Source: Eukaryota sp. TZLM1-RC (lineage: Eukaryota > Protista > Metamonada: BaSk clade). From it: a stretch of DNA of 64,000 bases. The position numbers and the translations under genes were made by a program. The DNA is taken from positions 1,286,996 to 1,350,995 of the forward strand of contig JAUPSS010000008.1 in the NCBI GenBank assembly GCA_040285825.1, given 5' to 3'. Shown here in pieces: positions 10,661 through 23,549 of this stretch (positions are counted from its first letter, which is position 1; the number at the start of each line of letters is the position of its first letter). Below the pieces are notes generated by a model that saw only the letters and a list, made by a program, of their open reading frames with translations, did not search any database and was not told the DNA's origin.

Positions 10661-12234
10661 AAAGGTAGTTCTTAAAGTATAAACTCCCTCACCATAAACA
10701 CAGTTTTCAAAATCCTCTGAAAATGCACTTCTTGGTTTTACCATTGTTTCCCCATCATACTCAGCTGAAATATAACGAATTTTGGCCATTAATGATTCAC
10801 ATAATTGGGCAGATATTCATGGTGGTATACAATTACGTTGAAAACGAGACTGTAAATACAGCTTTAAGCAACATGTAGTATGAATTCACAATTGTTGAAA
10901 TATTGAAGCAGTTTCTCTCAATTTGAGTATCACATCTGAGTGTTTAACCATTGAGTTGACGGTTGCTCGAATGGTTTTATAAGATGGTAAAATGAACTTA
11001 TCTTTTTGAAACACTACAAAAAGTTCGAGACATAATACACAAGCATGGAGCCCATATTGAATCAAATTTTGCCTCAGGGGAGAAGTAGCTCAACAATCAG
11101 TTGGTAAAATATGGGTAAATTCCTGGTGAAACTTCATTTTCTTTTCATTTATCATTTTATAAACCAGATTGCCTAAGCCATGTCGATAGGGGATTTTAAT
11201 TTATTTCTTGGCAAATACCAGAGTATCTAAAAGATAAAAGCCATTTTCCCTGATGACAACTTCTCTCCATCTTGGTGAAAGTTGATTGAGTTCATCCACC
11301 ATTGGATCACTTGAAACAGTAGAAAATGGTAAATTCAAATCATTGAATATATTTTTCAATATTTGTAAATCAAATTTGATTAAATTGTGATTCAATAAGC
11401 AATGAGTTTGATAATTGCCATTAATGTTTGAAAATCTACGAAGCAAAGTTTCCTCAATAGAAAATGATTCTGCATGAACATTAATATTAATTTTAGGTAA
11501 AGATCTAATCTGGGAACTCATCTTCAATAACAACGAATATTTGCTTTCGAAAAAGTAATTATGGCGGTCAAACCTACCAATAAAAATGGAAATTAAAAAC
11601 ACCTTTTGATTAAAAAAAACTTTTTGATCTGAAATCCACTAACCCATTTGCTCATCAATTTCTTTTCAAAAGATTTGCACTTATCTTGTCTCTTTCTGTT
11701 GATGATCTCGTCAGGAGGGAGAAATTAGCCATCATGATTTTGGTAAAGATGACCATCCTGATAGGTTTCAAAATCAAAGCACATAACAGTGAAAAGATTT
11801 TGATTTGGGGTCATTGATTTGAATTGAATCAAAGAATCAGGGTTGAAGCCACTAAGACTTGGCTCAATTTTTCTGACCATTCTCGGATTCAATGGTTTTT
11901 TTGTCAAAATCTTCCTGTTCTGAATATTCAACATTGTATTCTCAATACAAATTTCTTGGTTCAGTGCTTTTTGTTGTTTTTTTCGCTTACGCTTTGATGT
12001 TGGTTGGTCAAAAATCGCTTTTCTAAAAATTTTTGATGGAGGCGTTGATTTAAAATTCAATCTTCTCTTTTTGGGACCAGTATTTGTTTTAACATCTCCA
12101 TCCATTGTTAAATCAACAGTAAATGGTTTTGTTGGAAGAAGATGTTGGCAGCTACTGGAATGAAAAGATAAATTATAAACATAATCATCAAACTCAATAT
12201 TATCAAAATAACAATTCAAGACACAACATCCCAT
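10661..12234 (-). pseudogene. F1 element copy 1, 5' half: leader - 2A-like peptide - DEDDh exonuclease - Fanzor1 N-terminus
   Basis: DLTMDGDVKTNTGP (12073-12117); ExoI CFDFET, ExoII NHNLIKFDL, LLDTLVFAK, ExoIII HILPTD. The same frame continues into YKTIRATVNSM...HTTCCLKLYL, a Fanzor1 N-terminal pattern. Confidence 0.75.
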
Positions 12235-12413
12235 ATCTAAAGTGCAAGTACCTTAATCAAAAAAAAGCAACAAAATCAAAACCACCAAGATAACAATTCA
12301 AAACAAAACATAAACAAGAAAAACATCCCGTATCTAAGGTGATTAGCACAATGGCTGATTCAACAGCACCCATATCATGATTCACATTATGACTAAAAAA
12401 ATGCAATACTTTA

Positions 12414-12630
12414 CCCCCACGGAAGGATCAGAACGACGATTCCGATAGGAAATCGAGGCTCTGACCTTTCGTTTATTCCTGTAAAGCAGGATGACTGTTC
12501 CCAACTGAGGAGTTCGGGAGGAAGTACTCTGCTGCTCTGTGAAGAACAGGTTAAAGGAGGAGGTGGGAATCGGGTCCGTAACCTCGTCATCTTGTTTCTC
12601 GTTTCGCTGCAATGAATGGGAAGAGTCAAG
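12414..12630. ncRNA. Candidate structured RNA (unassigned)
   Basis: GC-richer island with nested stems GAAGG/CCTTT, TCAGA/TCTGA, CGATT/AATCG, TCCTG/CAGGA, TTCCCA/TGGGAA. Confidence 0.3.
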
Positions 12631-13779
12631 TTGATGTCGCTGTCTGACACGATGTCTGACATGCTGATTGCAATTGTAAATTGATTGCTGCTTTCGACCA
12701 TGGTATCAAATGCCTATCCAATGTATTTCTATTAATGGTCAGCAGCATCAGCTCGATTTACCTTTCAACTGTTACTGTTACCAAAGTCTCCCACTCTTCT
12801 TCTTTACTTGTTTCCATTTCTAAAAAATACCGCCAAATCACATCATCATACATCTCCAATCTGCAAAGTTCTGTCGACAAATTGATCATGCTTTAGAAGG
12901 TCAATGTTGACAATTTCAGTACACAATCATGATAGGACTGTTCTATGCTTCTATAATAAGTGTTTATGTGCTTCTAGTTCCATAGAAGTAGTGTTCACAT
13001 TTTCTGTATCAGTTAGTCCACTGTGGATCATTACTGGATGGAATATTGTTTGAAGGATGACGCTCAATAATCCTGGATCAGGATTCCTGACCATCGCCAC
13101 CAGACTATTAAACTTCAACAAATTTACAAAACACGAATAATCATATTCATTCGTCGTCGTCGGAAGTTTGGGGATATAATTGTTCTGATTCAGTCACGAA
13201 ATTGCGATGAGAAGTATAATCACATCCTATGGATGTTTGAGTAAATCTTTCACTTCAATATATCATGAATGATACAGGAATATAGTATGTTAAAATATTG
13301 CAAAATTATTGGGTTCAATTCTGTGTCCAACATGAAATGGACACAGAAATGTTCTGTTATGCACTGATTAATCAACTATTACTCAGGAGTAAAATCATTC
13401 AAACAATCCTAAGAATTACAATGAGGGAAATATTTTGATAATAAAGCCATTTTTCCTCATCGACTCGATATATTCATAATGTGTCAAGTACAATCATCAT
13501 TATTCAATTTTACATTGAACCCAAACAATATGAATGTTGATCATCGTTAAGTTTGATCTGTTTCCAAGACTCGTCACTTTTGCACTTAACTCTACATTGA
13601 CTGTGTTACTTAATGCAGCAATTTTGACTGAAGAAACAATTCTCTCACTTTTACTCTATTAAGTGATCAGACAAACATGTTTGCGTGCCAATACAGAATT
13701 TTCAATGTATGATGTTTCACACTTTCCAATTGCATTATTTTTACCATGACCAAAATGATGTTATTGATTCAATTTGGAT

Positions 13780-15541
13780 ATTTGTTTTGTTTGGCCATTC
13801 ATCCTATTTTATTGCAAATTCAAGAGATGTTTCCTTCGCAAAAAATGATTGCATATATAGATGATGTTGTTCTTATTGGTGATTTAAATATTGTGGAACA
13901 AGCAACTGTATGTTTTAAAGAATTATTTACCAAAATTGGTCTCCGACTTAAATGTGTTTTGTTATCGAATTCTCCAGTTTCCACAATAGTTGATGGTATT
14001 GAAATTCAAGCGAAATTATATTCAATTGATGCTACTCGTCATTTGGGTTCGTTTTTAGGAAATAATGATGAAATTACCAACAAATTGTTTGAAAAGTTGA
14101 ACTCAATTTCCGACAAAATTGACCGAATGATGAATTTAGATATACAAAAACACATCAAATTTACCATTATAAAACTGTGTTTTAGTTCCAATTTCAATCA
14201 TATATTTCGATCTACAAATCCTCTTGTCACTAGGCCTTTGTCTCAGAAGTTTAATGAGTTACGTGCAAAAGTTTTGTCACAATTAGTGGGATGTAAAATG
14301 TTCCAAAATCCAGATCATGCCTATCTTCGTCCACATTATGGCGGTTTAGGTTGGACGAAGGCTTCTATTCTTACCTCGTGTGCTTTTGTTGGTGGATGCA
14401 GAAATGCAATCTTTGAGTTTTCCGAAAGATGTGCAGAGTGGGAAGATTTATTGATGACAACGCAAAGTTCCACTGTTTTTGCATTAAATGAAGAAATTTC
14501 AAAAATTGATGCAGAAAAATGGGGTCGATGCTTTCCCCAATCATTCAATGGCAATATTCCAGAAAAGAATGTTTTGAATTTGAAGTACACTCTTCGAACA
14601 TTACAGAAACGATTGACTGGAATGTATGAAAATGATCTTTATAATAATATATGCAGCTCGGCTGTTTTAAATCAAGGTCTTCACTCATTGTTGTTGGAAA
14701 AGGGTGTTTGTGAAAACAAGTCATCAGATTCTTCACTTTTTGTAACCATTGTAGCACGAAGATTTGGATTGTGTGCCACTAATGAAGCATTTGTAACAAA
14801 AATGAGATTATATTTGAACATCCCCATTAATCAATTATTATCAAAAGAAAAATGTATTTGTTCGAATTCACCTCAACTCACTTTGCGCCATGCTCTGAAT
14901 TGCTCTAAATTGATAACTTATCGTTCTTCATTACATGATGCTGTTAGAAACACTGTTTTCAATATGGCACAAACTGCAAGAATTTCGTTATCAAAGAGCT
15001 CCTGCTGAAGGAAACACTTTCTCTGAATAATTTTGGTTCTGATGATAAAGGTGATGTATACTGTGATTGGATTGATAATTCTGAAGCTATTGTTGACTTT
15101 GTCTCATGTAATGTTGCAAATGATACTTTGGTTCACAGAAGAAAACTAAATCTTGTGAGTGCTCTTGATTTTAAAGCAAATGAAAAACATAGAAATTATG
15201 ATAAAGATATTGAAGAGGCTAATGCTGCTAGAAATACACAGCTGGTTTTTATTGCTTTCCCATTTTCGACAAATGGAAGATTATCAGATGAAGCAGAAAC
15301 TTTTTTGAATGACTTCCAAATAATGGTTCAAGAACAACAATGAAAAGATTTGATATTTTTTTATGGCGTTCACGGATTCAAGTTGCCATTATTAATAGAT
15401 TACTTCGGTTTTTCAATCGAATAAGAGAAGCTTTAGCTAGACAGCAAGCAGATCAAGATTTTGTAGAGAAAATCTTGGTTCAATGATAGTCGTCCCATTA
15501 GTTATGAGTTAATTTAATTAAGTGTGCAAATTCAATAAATA
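13780..15541 (+). mobile_element. 5'-truncated RLE-type (CRE/NeSL-like) non-LTR retrotransposon, family R2
   Basis: ORF 13746-15008 has FCLAIHP, AYIDD, GGLG, CICS...HALNC and HDAVR. A frameshifted RLE follows (KGD...VDF...ANEKHRNY). The 3' UTR ends AATAAATA and matches 45825-45963. Confidence 0.85.
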
Positions 15542-16303
15542 TTTAGAGATCTGGAAATATTGAATACAACCAACACCCCTGTTGTTGTGTGTACCTTACT
15601 AGTTTTCTGAAAACTGTTGGTGAAGTCAATGCGAGGTGTGTGTCAGGTTTGATTGAATTGGATAGAATTTCATTGTACAGTACTTGTAAAGTTCGTTAGA
15701 AAACTCAGTGAACCATATTTTAAAATTTTCATCACTTTAAAAGCAGAGTCATTTCTACAACTGTAAAGAACAACCTACATTGATACAAATTGAAATATTA
15801 GATTAATGTAAGTCTATTCAATGTTAAAACCATCAAATAGTTGATCTGGAACCACTCAGATATCGAAACTTCTTCTGCAGCCCTTGTTTATTCGTTGGAG
15901 ATTTCTGTCCAACAATGTTCTTTTTTTCTAACTGCTGTCATTTTCTTCTGTTGGTTCGCGCAGAGTTCTGAGGTAGCCTTCTTTAGAGATGCAGTTAGGC
16001 GAAGTCATGATTGAATCAAGAAGAACAAGGTTTTATGGAATAAGACAGTTCACACGATAGATCTTACAGCACCAAGGTGCGGGTGCGTTGTTTAAAGTGC
16101 ATGTAGAGCAAATATCAAAATCTGATGCACTGCTGAACACTAGTAAATTTTCTTTATTCATTGTAATTAACGGTAACCAAGTACCCAATATGAGATACAA
16201 AACATAAAATAAAAATAATGTATGTGAATAACAACAAAAGTAGTCACATAGTGATTTGCTAAAGGCCAAAAACGACCTAACTCGAAAAACAGTGAATACG
16301 AAC

Positions 16304-17542
16304 CTACAAAATAGCACCAAATAGAAAGACTAACAAAATACTGATAACTGTAGTAGAAAGAGAAGCTATGATTCCTATAATAAAAGGTTTGAGCCCGTGC
16401 TCTTTGAACACTTTTAAATTAGTAGAGAGACCAACACCAGCCATAGCAACTGCTAGTAAATACTGAGAAGTTACACTGAAATACCCTGTTAGGTCTTCCC
16501 AAACTCCACCAAACCATTTAAAATGAAGTACGATTGTGTTAATAGTTGCCGTAAGTAGAAAACCAAAGACAAAGAATGGAACTAATTGAAGGAATTGTTT
16601 CGATGAAGCAGAACTAGACACTTTACGATTATAATAGAAGGAAACAAGAGGAACCACCAGAATTAACATCAAATTTCTTGAAAGTTTTGTTATAGTTGCA
16701 ACGTCAACAACGTCAGTCGCATCAAAAACTTGATCATAAATCATGGAAGCTCCAGCTACTTGAGCTGTTTCGTGGATAGAAGTACCAAGAAAAAGACCAG
16801 TCATTAGAAAGTTTGTACCAAAGAGTAACCTCGAAAAGTAAGGGTACAAGAACATGGATACAGACCCAAAAATAGTAATGTTGCCGACCGCATAAGCAAC
16901 TTCGTCCTCACTGGCCGAGATCGAAGGTGCAGTGGAAACAATAGCAGTGGCACCACAGATGGCAGTACCAATAGCTGTTAATGTACCTAATCTATAAGAT
17001 TCTTTCAGCTTAAAAGTAACTAATAGTGTTGTGGAGAAAGCAAATACAATACACGATACAATAATTGGTAGAGACCAGGCACCGAGTCTTAAAACATTCA
17101 ATAAATCTAATCTGAAACCCATTAAAATAATACCCAATTTTAAAAGGATCTTAATGCTGAATTTGACACCTTTTGTGAAAGATTTATGTAAACCAAAAAG
17201 ATTACGTATGACAATTCCGAAAAGAATGGCAAAGAAAATAGGAGAGGCCGGACTTTCAAAACTTGAAGGTAATTTGAAGATAAAATTGACAAGAAGTCCA
17301 AAGAGAAAACTGCAGAACAGAGAAATAACCATAATAATTGTACATAAGAGAACACCCAAGAAATGGACAATAGAACTGTTAAAGAACGACGTTTCAGGTA
17401 ACTTGGAATAGATTGTATCGAGAAAAGAAGGTGGTGTCACCTCGGTCTGGTTTTCAACATCCTTGGTCAGTACAGAGTGAGCAGTACTGTCAGGAACATC
17501 AACATCACTATGTGAAGATTCCATTATCTCTGTAGTTTTCAT
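16304..17542 (-). CDS. YeiH/UPF0324 family (putative sulfate exporter) membrane protein
   Basis: LKLGIILMGFRL, GTAICGATAI, GTSIHETAQVAGA, TKLSRN and MAGVGL motifs; about 10 TM segments; intronless. Confidence 0.88.
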   Translation of the reverse strand: MKTTEIMESSHSDVDVPDSTAHSVLTKDVENQTEVTPPSFLDTIYSKLPETSFFNSSIVHFLGVLLCTIIMVISLFCSFLFGLLVNFIFKLPSSFESPASPIFFAILFGIVIRNLFGLHKSFTKGVKFSIKILLKLGIILMGFRLDLLNVLRLGAWSLPIIVSCIVFAFSTTLLVTFKLKESYRLGTLTAIGTAICGATAIVSTAPSISASEDEVAYAVGNITIFGSVSMFLYPYFSRLLFGTNFLMTGLFLGTSIHETAQVAGASMIYDQVFDATDVVDVATITKLSRNLMLILVVPLVSFYYNRKVSSSASSKQFLQLVPFFVFGFLLTATINTIVLHFKWFGGVWEDLTGYFSVTSQYLLAVAMAGVGLSTNLKVFKEHGLKPFIIGIIASLSTTVISILLVFLFGAIL

Positions 17543-17574
17543 TTGAAATGCATACTTTCTTCAAACATCATTCA

Positions 17575-17696
17575 AACTTAATCCAAGAACTTACATTCTT
17601 GGTGAGATCGTCGACAGACGTTCTAGATTCCTCGAATAATTGGCCCCTAATCTCAGTGAGCCCATTTCTCCTCTAAAACAATACGTAGCTTTGATG
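17575..17696 (-). ncRNA. Candidate omegaRNA / right end of Fanzor family F2
   Basis: Immediately 3' of the Fanzor stop; perfect hairpin CCAAGAA-tgtaag-TTCTTGG (17583-17602) and further possible stems. Confidence 0.4.
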
Positions 17697-19093
17697 CTAG
17701 TTTCTTTGTGGACTCTGGAACGCTTCTGGTCTTGTTCCATATTAGTGCTCACTAATTGCAATTTCTAGCTGATTTAGTGATGCAGAAATGTCTCTACACC
17801 ATACTTGATTACATTCCGGACCACTGAAATAGGCGTTGTGAACTTTAACTTCACCATCTACTTCTCTATAGATCTTTTGGTGTAGCATCTTGCAGCAGTT
17901 CACCTTTGCAGATGTCATATATTCATCTCCGATCTTCACATTAGCAAATGAACATTGTATCAACTTGAGAAACGTACCACCACCTCCATTGCCAAACCAC
18001 ACCTTTACTTCTCAACCGTTTGCAATTTTTTTCACTTTGTTGATAATTGAGCTGAATCTTTTCTATTTTGTTATAAAGAAGTCAAATGTGTTTCTCCTCA
18101 ATGCTTTTCCAGCACTCAGATATAATTGCTGTTTTAGCAATGATCGTCTTACGTTATTACCTTCATAGTCCTAATAGTCACCGATAGTTGATATTTCAAG
18201 CAGATAATGGTTCAATTTCTGCACGTCATAAACATCTATTGATGAGTGGGTCTAGTGAAGCGGAGTGATTGATCTTTCGTTGCTTTGGTGCCAAGAAGAT
18301 ATTGGATACGGTCGGCCCTGAACGTTTTCCAATGCTGGAACCACATAGATTTGAGTGGTTGATGGCCCAGAACACCATTTCCATTTCGTCATCAGGTACC
18401 TGCCACTCAGTAGCTTTTGGTTTCTGGCGAGGTCTTGACCGTTCAACCTTGGCTTGCAAGGTATGTTTTCTATTCCGAGTGGTTTCGTAGTAGTCAAGTT
18501 CCCCTCTGGATCTCTTATCAGTCAAGGCTTCTCCGGACAATCTCACTCGTGTTGCTTTGGGGTGCGGTTTGAAAGTTATACGGACACTATCACCATTAGA
18601 AGACATGGTGTAGTCATTAGCATTTGTTTTAAACAATAAATAAGGGTTTTCCAAAATTGTTTGTGATGTGTTTTTGGAGATAAAATGGTTGAGAACCCAT
18701 GTGGAAAAGAGGACAAAAGCAGGCTTCAAACTAGCGATGGGAGTGAGTCTATGTCGTCTTAAGGTATGTGGAAAGGCTTGCTCCAGGTGGTTTTGGATTG
18801 CCGAGCCGCAACGAAAGATGTAGGTACTGTTCTCTTGATTAAGAGTCACTCTTCGAGAAGAACGCAGAGTGTTGTACCTTTGAGGATCACCAACCAAGAA
18901 GTGAAACAGAGATCCAGAATTGATGCTGAGTCAGGAAATGACTGTCTTAAGGGAAGCACACAGCAAAAACTCTGGCTAGCAAACTGCCGAGGTGAGTCAT
19001 GGTGGTCACCTTGGTCAGCTGTCCATCAATGTAATCACACACTGGCCACTCAAAGAACTGATGAAGGGAGCAGGCACGTGTCCATGACTGCAT
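17697..19093 (-). pseudogene. Fanzor1 family F2, stand-alone, multiply disrupted
   Basis: N-terminal TRACSLHQF..KVTTMTHLGS; SSNGDSVRITF; RRNTFDFFITK*K; VWFGNG; GDEYMTSAKVNCC; ECNQVWCRDISASLN; *YGTRPEAF. RuvC-I is degraded (VFWAINH). Confidence 0.78.
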
Positions 19094-20914
19094 AGTCCTT
19101 ACTGAAAACGGAAGGTGCAGACAATCAAAAATGATTGATTTCTCAGTTTCAGTTACTTTTAAAATTTGGTTTATGTTCAACTCCTTACATCCACAAAACA
19201 ATGAAACATGCACAAACTGATAAATAGACACATTTATAATAGATACTGAACATGCTCTAAGCATTTTCTTTCCTAAAAATAGTAAACTGATGCGAAAATT
19301 GACGAAATTGTTGTTAGTCAAAGCAGTTGATCGTTTAATCAAGGGTGTTTGTAGATTTAATAAATTCGTAAAGTTTCACAATTGAATTCCCTTATTCAGT
19401 ACAAACACGTTACCAAGGGAAGTCACAACACCCGTTTCTTCCTTCCCATTTCTTTCACTCTTTGACGAAGAACCTTTCGCTCCTCGTTCAACTATATCTG
19501 AGTCCGCCATGGATCTTTGTAAACTGTTGGCTTTTCTATTATAGTGATTATAGGTTTCGTTCAGTGCGCTCACACATTGACTATAAAACATTAAATCCCA
19601 TAAAATAGACTAACAAAAGACAGTCTGTAGAGACACTATTGGCTATTCTTTCTATTCTATATTCTTGAGTCTAAACTCGAGCCTATTGCAGATCGTCCAT
19701 CCGAAGCTGTGCCAACAACTTCTGCTGTCTCACCCCTTTCAGCTGCACTTCTTGTCTTGAAACTAGACATCTGAATACTTATTATTACCTTGTCTCTCTA
19801 CTTCGCCCTCTTCACCCTCTTTCTACTCATCTTTCCTCCATAGAAGATGTTCCTCCTGTCTTCACTTGTATTACCATCAGTTATCAATATACACCCTTAC
19901 ACCTCTGGTATCGTTTGTTCACTCTCTACGAATCAACTCACTCCAATCTTAATCTACTCCAGTCTAACCTACTGCTGATATACATGAACTTCTAAAGTCT
20001 AATGAGCTGAAGATTTTTGAAACTGCATTGAAGACACTTGTAATGTTAGTCAATATGGCTTCCTTGCAGAGATTGATTTTGACTAATTTCATATTAATGT
20101 AGTGTGATACGATAATAAGTCTGAAGACGTCCACGCTGCTATGAGTGAAACCTATCCCCATGAATTCAGGTTCGGACTCTTGAGAAAGATGATTTTCTGG
20201 TTAATAACCTATTTCTGAACCTTCACTGTTTTGAATGTGCGTGGTTGATAATAATTTGTGTAAGTAGTAGTGAATAATATTTATATAATAATATATATAA
20301 TAATATATAATATTAGTGACGGTAGTATTATAGGTGATTTAAATTGTAACTAAAAGTGCTAATACTCACCACATAACTAATAGTTCCAAAATAAAATATT
20401 ATCGATTCATGTTTTATTATAGTGTTCGTTCAAGTGTTGGTAAAAAGAATAGTGTTGGTGAAAGAAGTGGTGTGGTGAAAGAGGATTTTATAATTATGAT
20501 ATAAAAGTAAGGTGAAGATTGAGGAAGATTTACCTGTTCAATGAATAGAATCTAATACTCCTCTTTTAAAATTAACACAGTAATGTTAATAATTCTAGAA
20601 TCTGACTGGAACATACCAGCTTCAAGCATCAGCTGCTTCGATACTTTCAAATTATTGTCTTGAATATAATTGCAAATATAGGGCAACTGACTCAACCACA
20701 ACTAAAAAATAGACTAAACGTATACATTGTCTACTTGAATTGTTTGTGGTCTGAAATTGAGTCCTGTCTACTCAAACATAATGCTGAAATTTGAAATGTA
20801 AGACCCATATAAGACAAAAGGTAGTTAATTGAGTTGGTGAAAGAAAAAATTTCACCAATATGTAACTAAAGTGAGAACCACATCTGAATTTCCCATAATT
20901 GTTTCTTCAAAAAC

Positions 20915-21956
20915 ATGTTTTCACGAGCTGGTCTTCGAGATGTATCTAACACTGCCAATGCCCTAGGGAGGCTTCGTTTAAAGGTTTGTTTCATGATTGC
21001 TTTAATTAAAGCCTAAACCCTTCACGGGAATTCCACTGGCCAATCATAAGGCACCGACGCATCAAACTCAGCAATTATACCAAAGTGTTCCTCAAAAACC
21101 TGCCACTACTGCTTCTCATACTTCAATGCGGTCTGAACGTTACGATGTCGATCTTCCAGCTACTGGCGATCCCCTCTCGATCTATGTTGATGATATCTAT
21201 GCATATCTTCGGGAATTTGAAGTTAGGACACATCCTCAAGCAGATTATCTGTCAAATCAAGCTGAACTCACCAACGATAACAGAACATCTGTTATCGATT
21301 GGATGGTTGATGTTCACGCTCGATTTAAGTCTGTTCCTGAGTCTCTCTTTACTGCTATCAATTACATGGACCGTTTTCTTTCTCAAAAAGCAGTTGTCCG
21401 ATCCAAATTACAACTCATTGCTTACACATCTCTTTTTCTGGCTTGCAAGTATGAAGATGTCTATACCCCACGCCTCAAGCATTGGGTCAAACTTGTTTAT
21501 CCTACCATCCAGCAACATGAGCTCATCAGAGCCGAAAGATTATTGTGTGCAACTCTCAACTATGATCTTGCTGTTCCTTCTGCTTTTACTTTTTTACGTA
21601 GATTTACCAAGGTTGGTGGAGCTGACAGCATCATCAAGTATTCTGCTCATTTTTTATGTGAATTTGCACTTATGGACGTAGAAGTTCTTCAATTCTATCC
21701 CTCATTACAAGCAGCTTCTGCTCTTGCTGCAGTTAATGAATTGTATGGTCGTCCGTTATGGAATGCAGCCCTGGAAGATTATAGCAAGTATACTGCTGAC
21801 GATTTGAAAGACGGTGTTGTTTTTATGAAGAAGGTAATGCAACAGATTCTTCGCATACCTCAGAGCTCTCGTCCAAAGAAAGCGATTTTTGATAAGTATG
21901 CTACAGCTGCTTACAATTGTATATCTACAAAGCTTTTGGAGAAAATCAGAAATTAA
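20915..21956 (+). CDS. Mitotic (A/B-type, probably B) cyclin; exons 20915-20983 and 21012-21956
   Basis: D-box RAGLRDVSN in exon 1; the 28-nt GT-AG intron restores the frame; cyclin box NRTSVIDWMVDVH...YMDRFL...KLQL...ACKYED. Confidence 0.92.
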
Positions 21957-22050
21957 TTGTGTATTTTATTTATATTATATTGTGTTTTATCTTTATGGTG
22001 TGGAACCTGGAGGATATTGAATTTCATTAAATGATATAAAGTTATTTAAT

Positions 22051-22686
22051 TTAATCATTGTTTGACAACATCAAGGACATTGTTATGTCATCTTTTAGAG
22101 CAGTAGATAGAGGGGAAGCAATTGACTCCAACTCTGACAATGTAGTACATATTGAAGCTACTGTATTGGACAAGGAAGACATAGCGTTTTGGTGATCTTT
22201 CATTGATGGTAAGCTTGAGCGCAAAGAGGTCTGTAAAGTATTTACTGTCTTTTTGGCCTCCCGCAAGGCAGGAACAAAACCAGAAATGTCTATATCTGAA
22301 GCAAACAACAAGTCTGCTGAATCGTCAATAGCAGCTTGCAGTTGTGACATCATCGTAATAGACGAATGACATATCGATGAAAGTTCAGTAAACAGTGTAT
22401 CTGGAAGAGGAATGGAAGATTTACATGACTCAATAACAGAATCAACACTTGAACGAATTGCTCTACGTTCTAAGTCGAGTAAAGTGGATAGCTTAGAATG
22501 TATGGCCTCCCTGAATACACACAATTGATGAAATACATTGTCAAGAAAGTGCTTGCTGGAAGAGGAGAGCTTCATGTCGGCATAAGCACTAAAGACTGCA
22601 TCGGTCCAATTCTGAGTGTAATTGTCCATTCTTACAGAATTGGAACTAGTGTCCTTAGTGTAACCAGTGTCAGAACTGGATCTCAA
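22051..22686 (-). CDS. Hypothetical helical/coiled-coil protein; true start uncertain
   Basis: 211-codon open frame, host-like composition, convergent with the cyclin gene; preceded by a TTTTTTCCAG acceptor-like sequence. Confidence 0.55.
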   Translation of the reverse strand: MRSSSDTGYTKDTSSNSVRMDNYTQNWTDAVFSAYADMKLSSSSKHFLDNVFHQLCVFREAIHSKLSTLLDLERRAIRSSVDSVIESCKSSIPLPDTLFTELSSICHSSITMMSQLQAAIDDSADLLFASDIDISGFVPALREAKKTVNTLQTSLRSSLPSMKDHQNAMSSLSNTVASICTTLSELESIASPLSTALKDDITMSLMLSNND

Positions 22687-22737
22687 CTGGAAAAAAACTC
22701 AAATTTTATTGTTCTTATAGCTCATCAAAAATATAAG

Positions 22738-22990
22738 CTTTTTTATCAAATAGCGAATAAAAATCATGAAATACACAACTAAAGCTCCACATCCTCAAAA
22801 CCTGCCTCTCATACACCAAAACAGTTAATTACTAAAAATTCAGAAAACTTACCAAAAGAAGAAAATTAATCAGAAATTAATTTCACCAGTCCTTTATAAG
22901 TAGAAACAACAATCCTGTTTTGTCAGTAATTATGATTGAAAATTCTTCCAGTCCTTTCTTTTACAACTACATTGAATTCCTCAAGGAAAG
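22738..22990 (+). repeat. Left arm of a ~190-250 bp inverted repeat
   Basis: AAAGCTCCACATCCTCAAAACCTGC...AACAGTTAATTACTAAAAATTC...TCTTCCAGTCCTTTC...TCAAGGAAAG is the reverse complement of 28206-28391, with a ~75-bp indel. Confidence 0.8.
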
Positions 22991-23549
22991 GCAAAGCAGC
23001 CTTACCAAAAATAGGTGCAAGGAAAAAACAAAGGAATATAAATTATATTGGGTATGAGAATTTTCATTGACAGAAGAAATAGGTTTCGCGTTTTTTAGCA
23101 ATTTTGTATTTTTCCCCAGCAACCAGAGGATTATTGACATTAGAATTAATGAAATGTTCGTAACAAGAGTTGTTTTTCCCTTGTAGTAATATAGGAATTC
23201 TTCATGAACTAGAGTTTTTTTGGAAAATTGTTTTATTTCTTCTTCCCATTCCTTTACAGTTTCGTCTTGATAAATCCATGATTGTTTAGCATCCTTATAG
23301 AATTTTTGGTGCTCCTGTTCAGAGCTTCATTTCTTCTTTGAGGAGCAGTGAGCCTTTTGAAAGTATATTCCTTTTATTTTGTTTTCTTGTATTCATTTGG
23401 AGGAAAAGAAGTTTGCTTTGGCAAAAAAAGACCTGAAGCATAGAATCTTATGTTGTTTTTTTTGTTTTCTTTTTCATCCTGTTAATAAAACCTCTATTTC
23501 TTCCTTTGTTATTTGCGTGGAGCCGTTCGTCCCATTTTAATCTTGAATC

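Noticed and set aside
11725-12234. FDFET as the exonuclease of a Polinton/viral family-B DNA polymerase
   Set aside because: No polymerase motifs follow; the downstream domain is Fanzor, and ExoIII is of the H-x4-D type.
12700-16300. Decayed minus-strand ORF flanking the R2 insertion
   Set aside because: Many stops and no motif I can assign.
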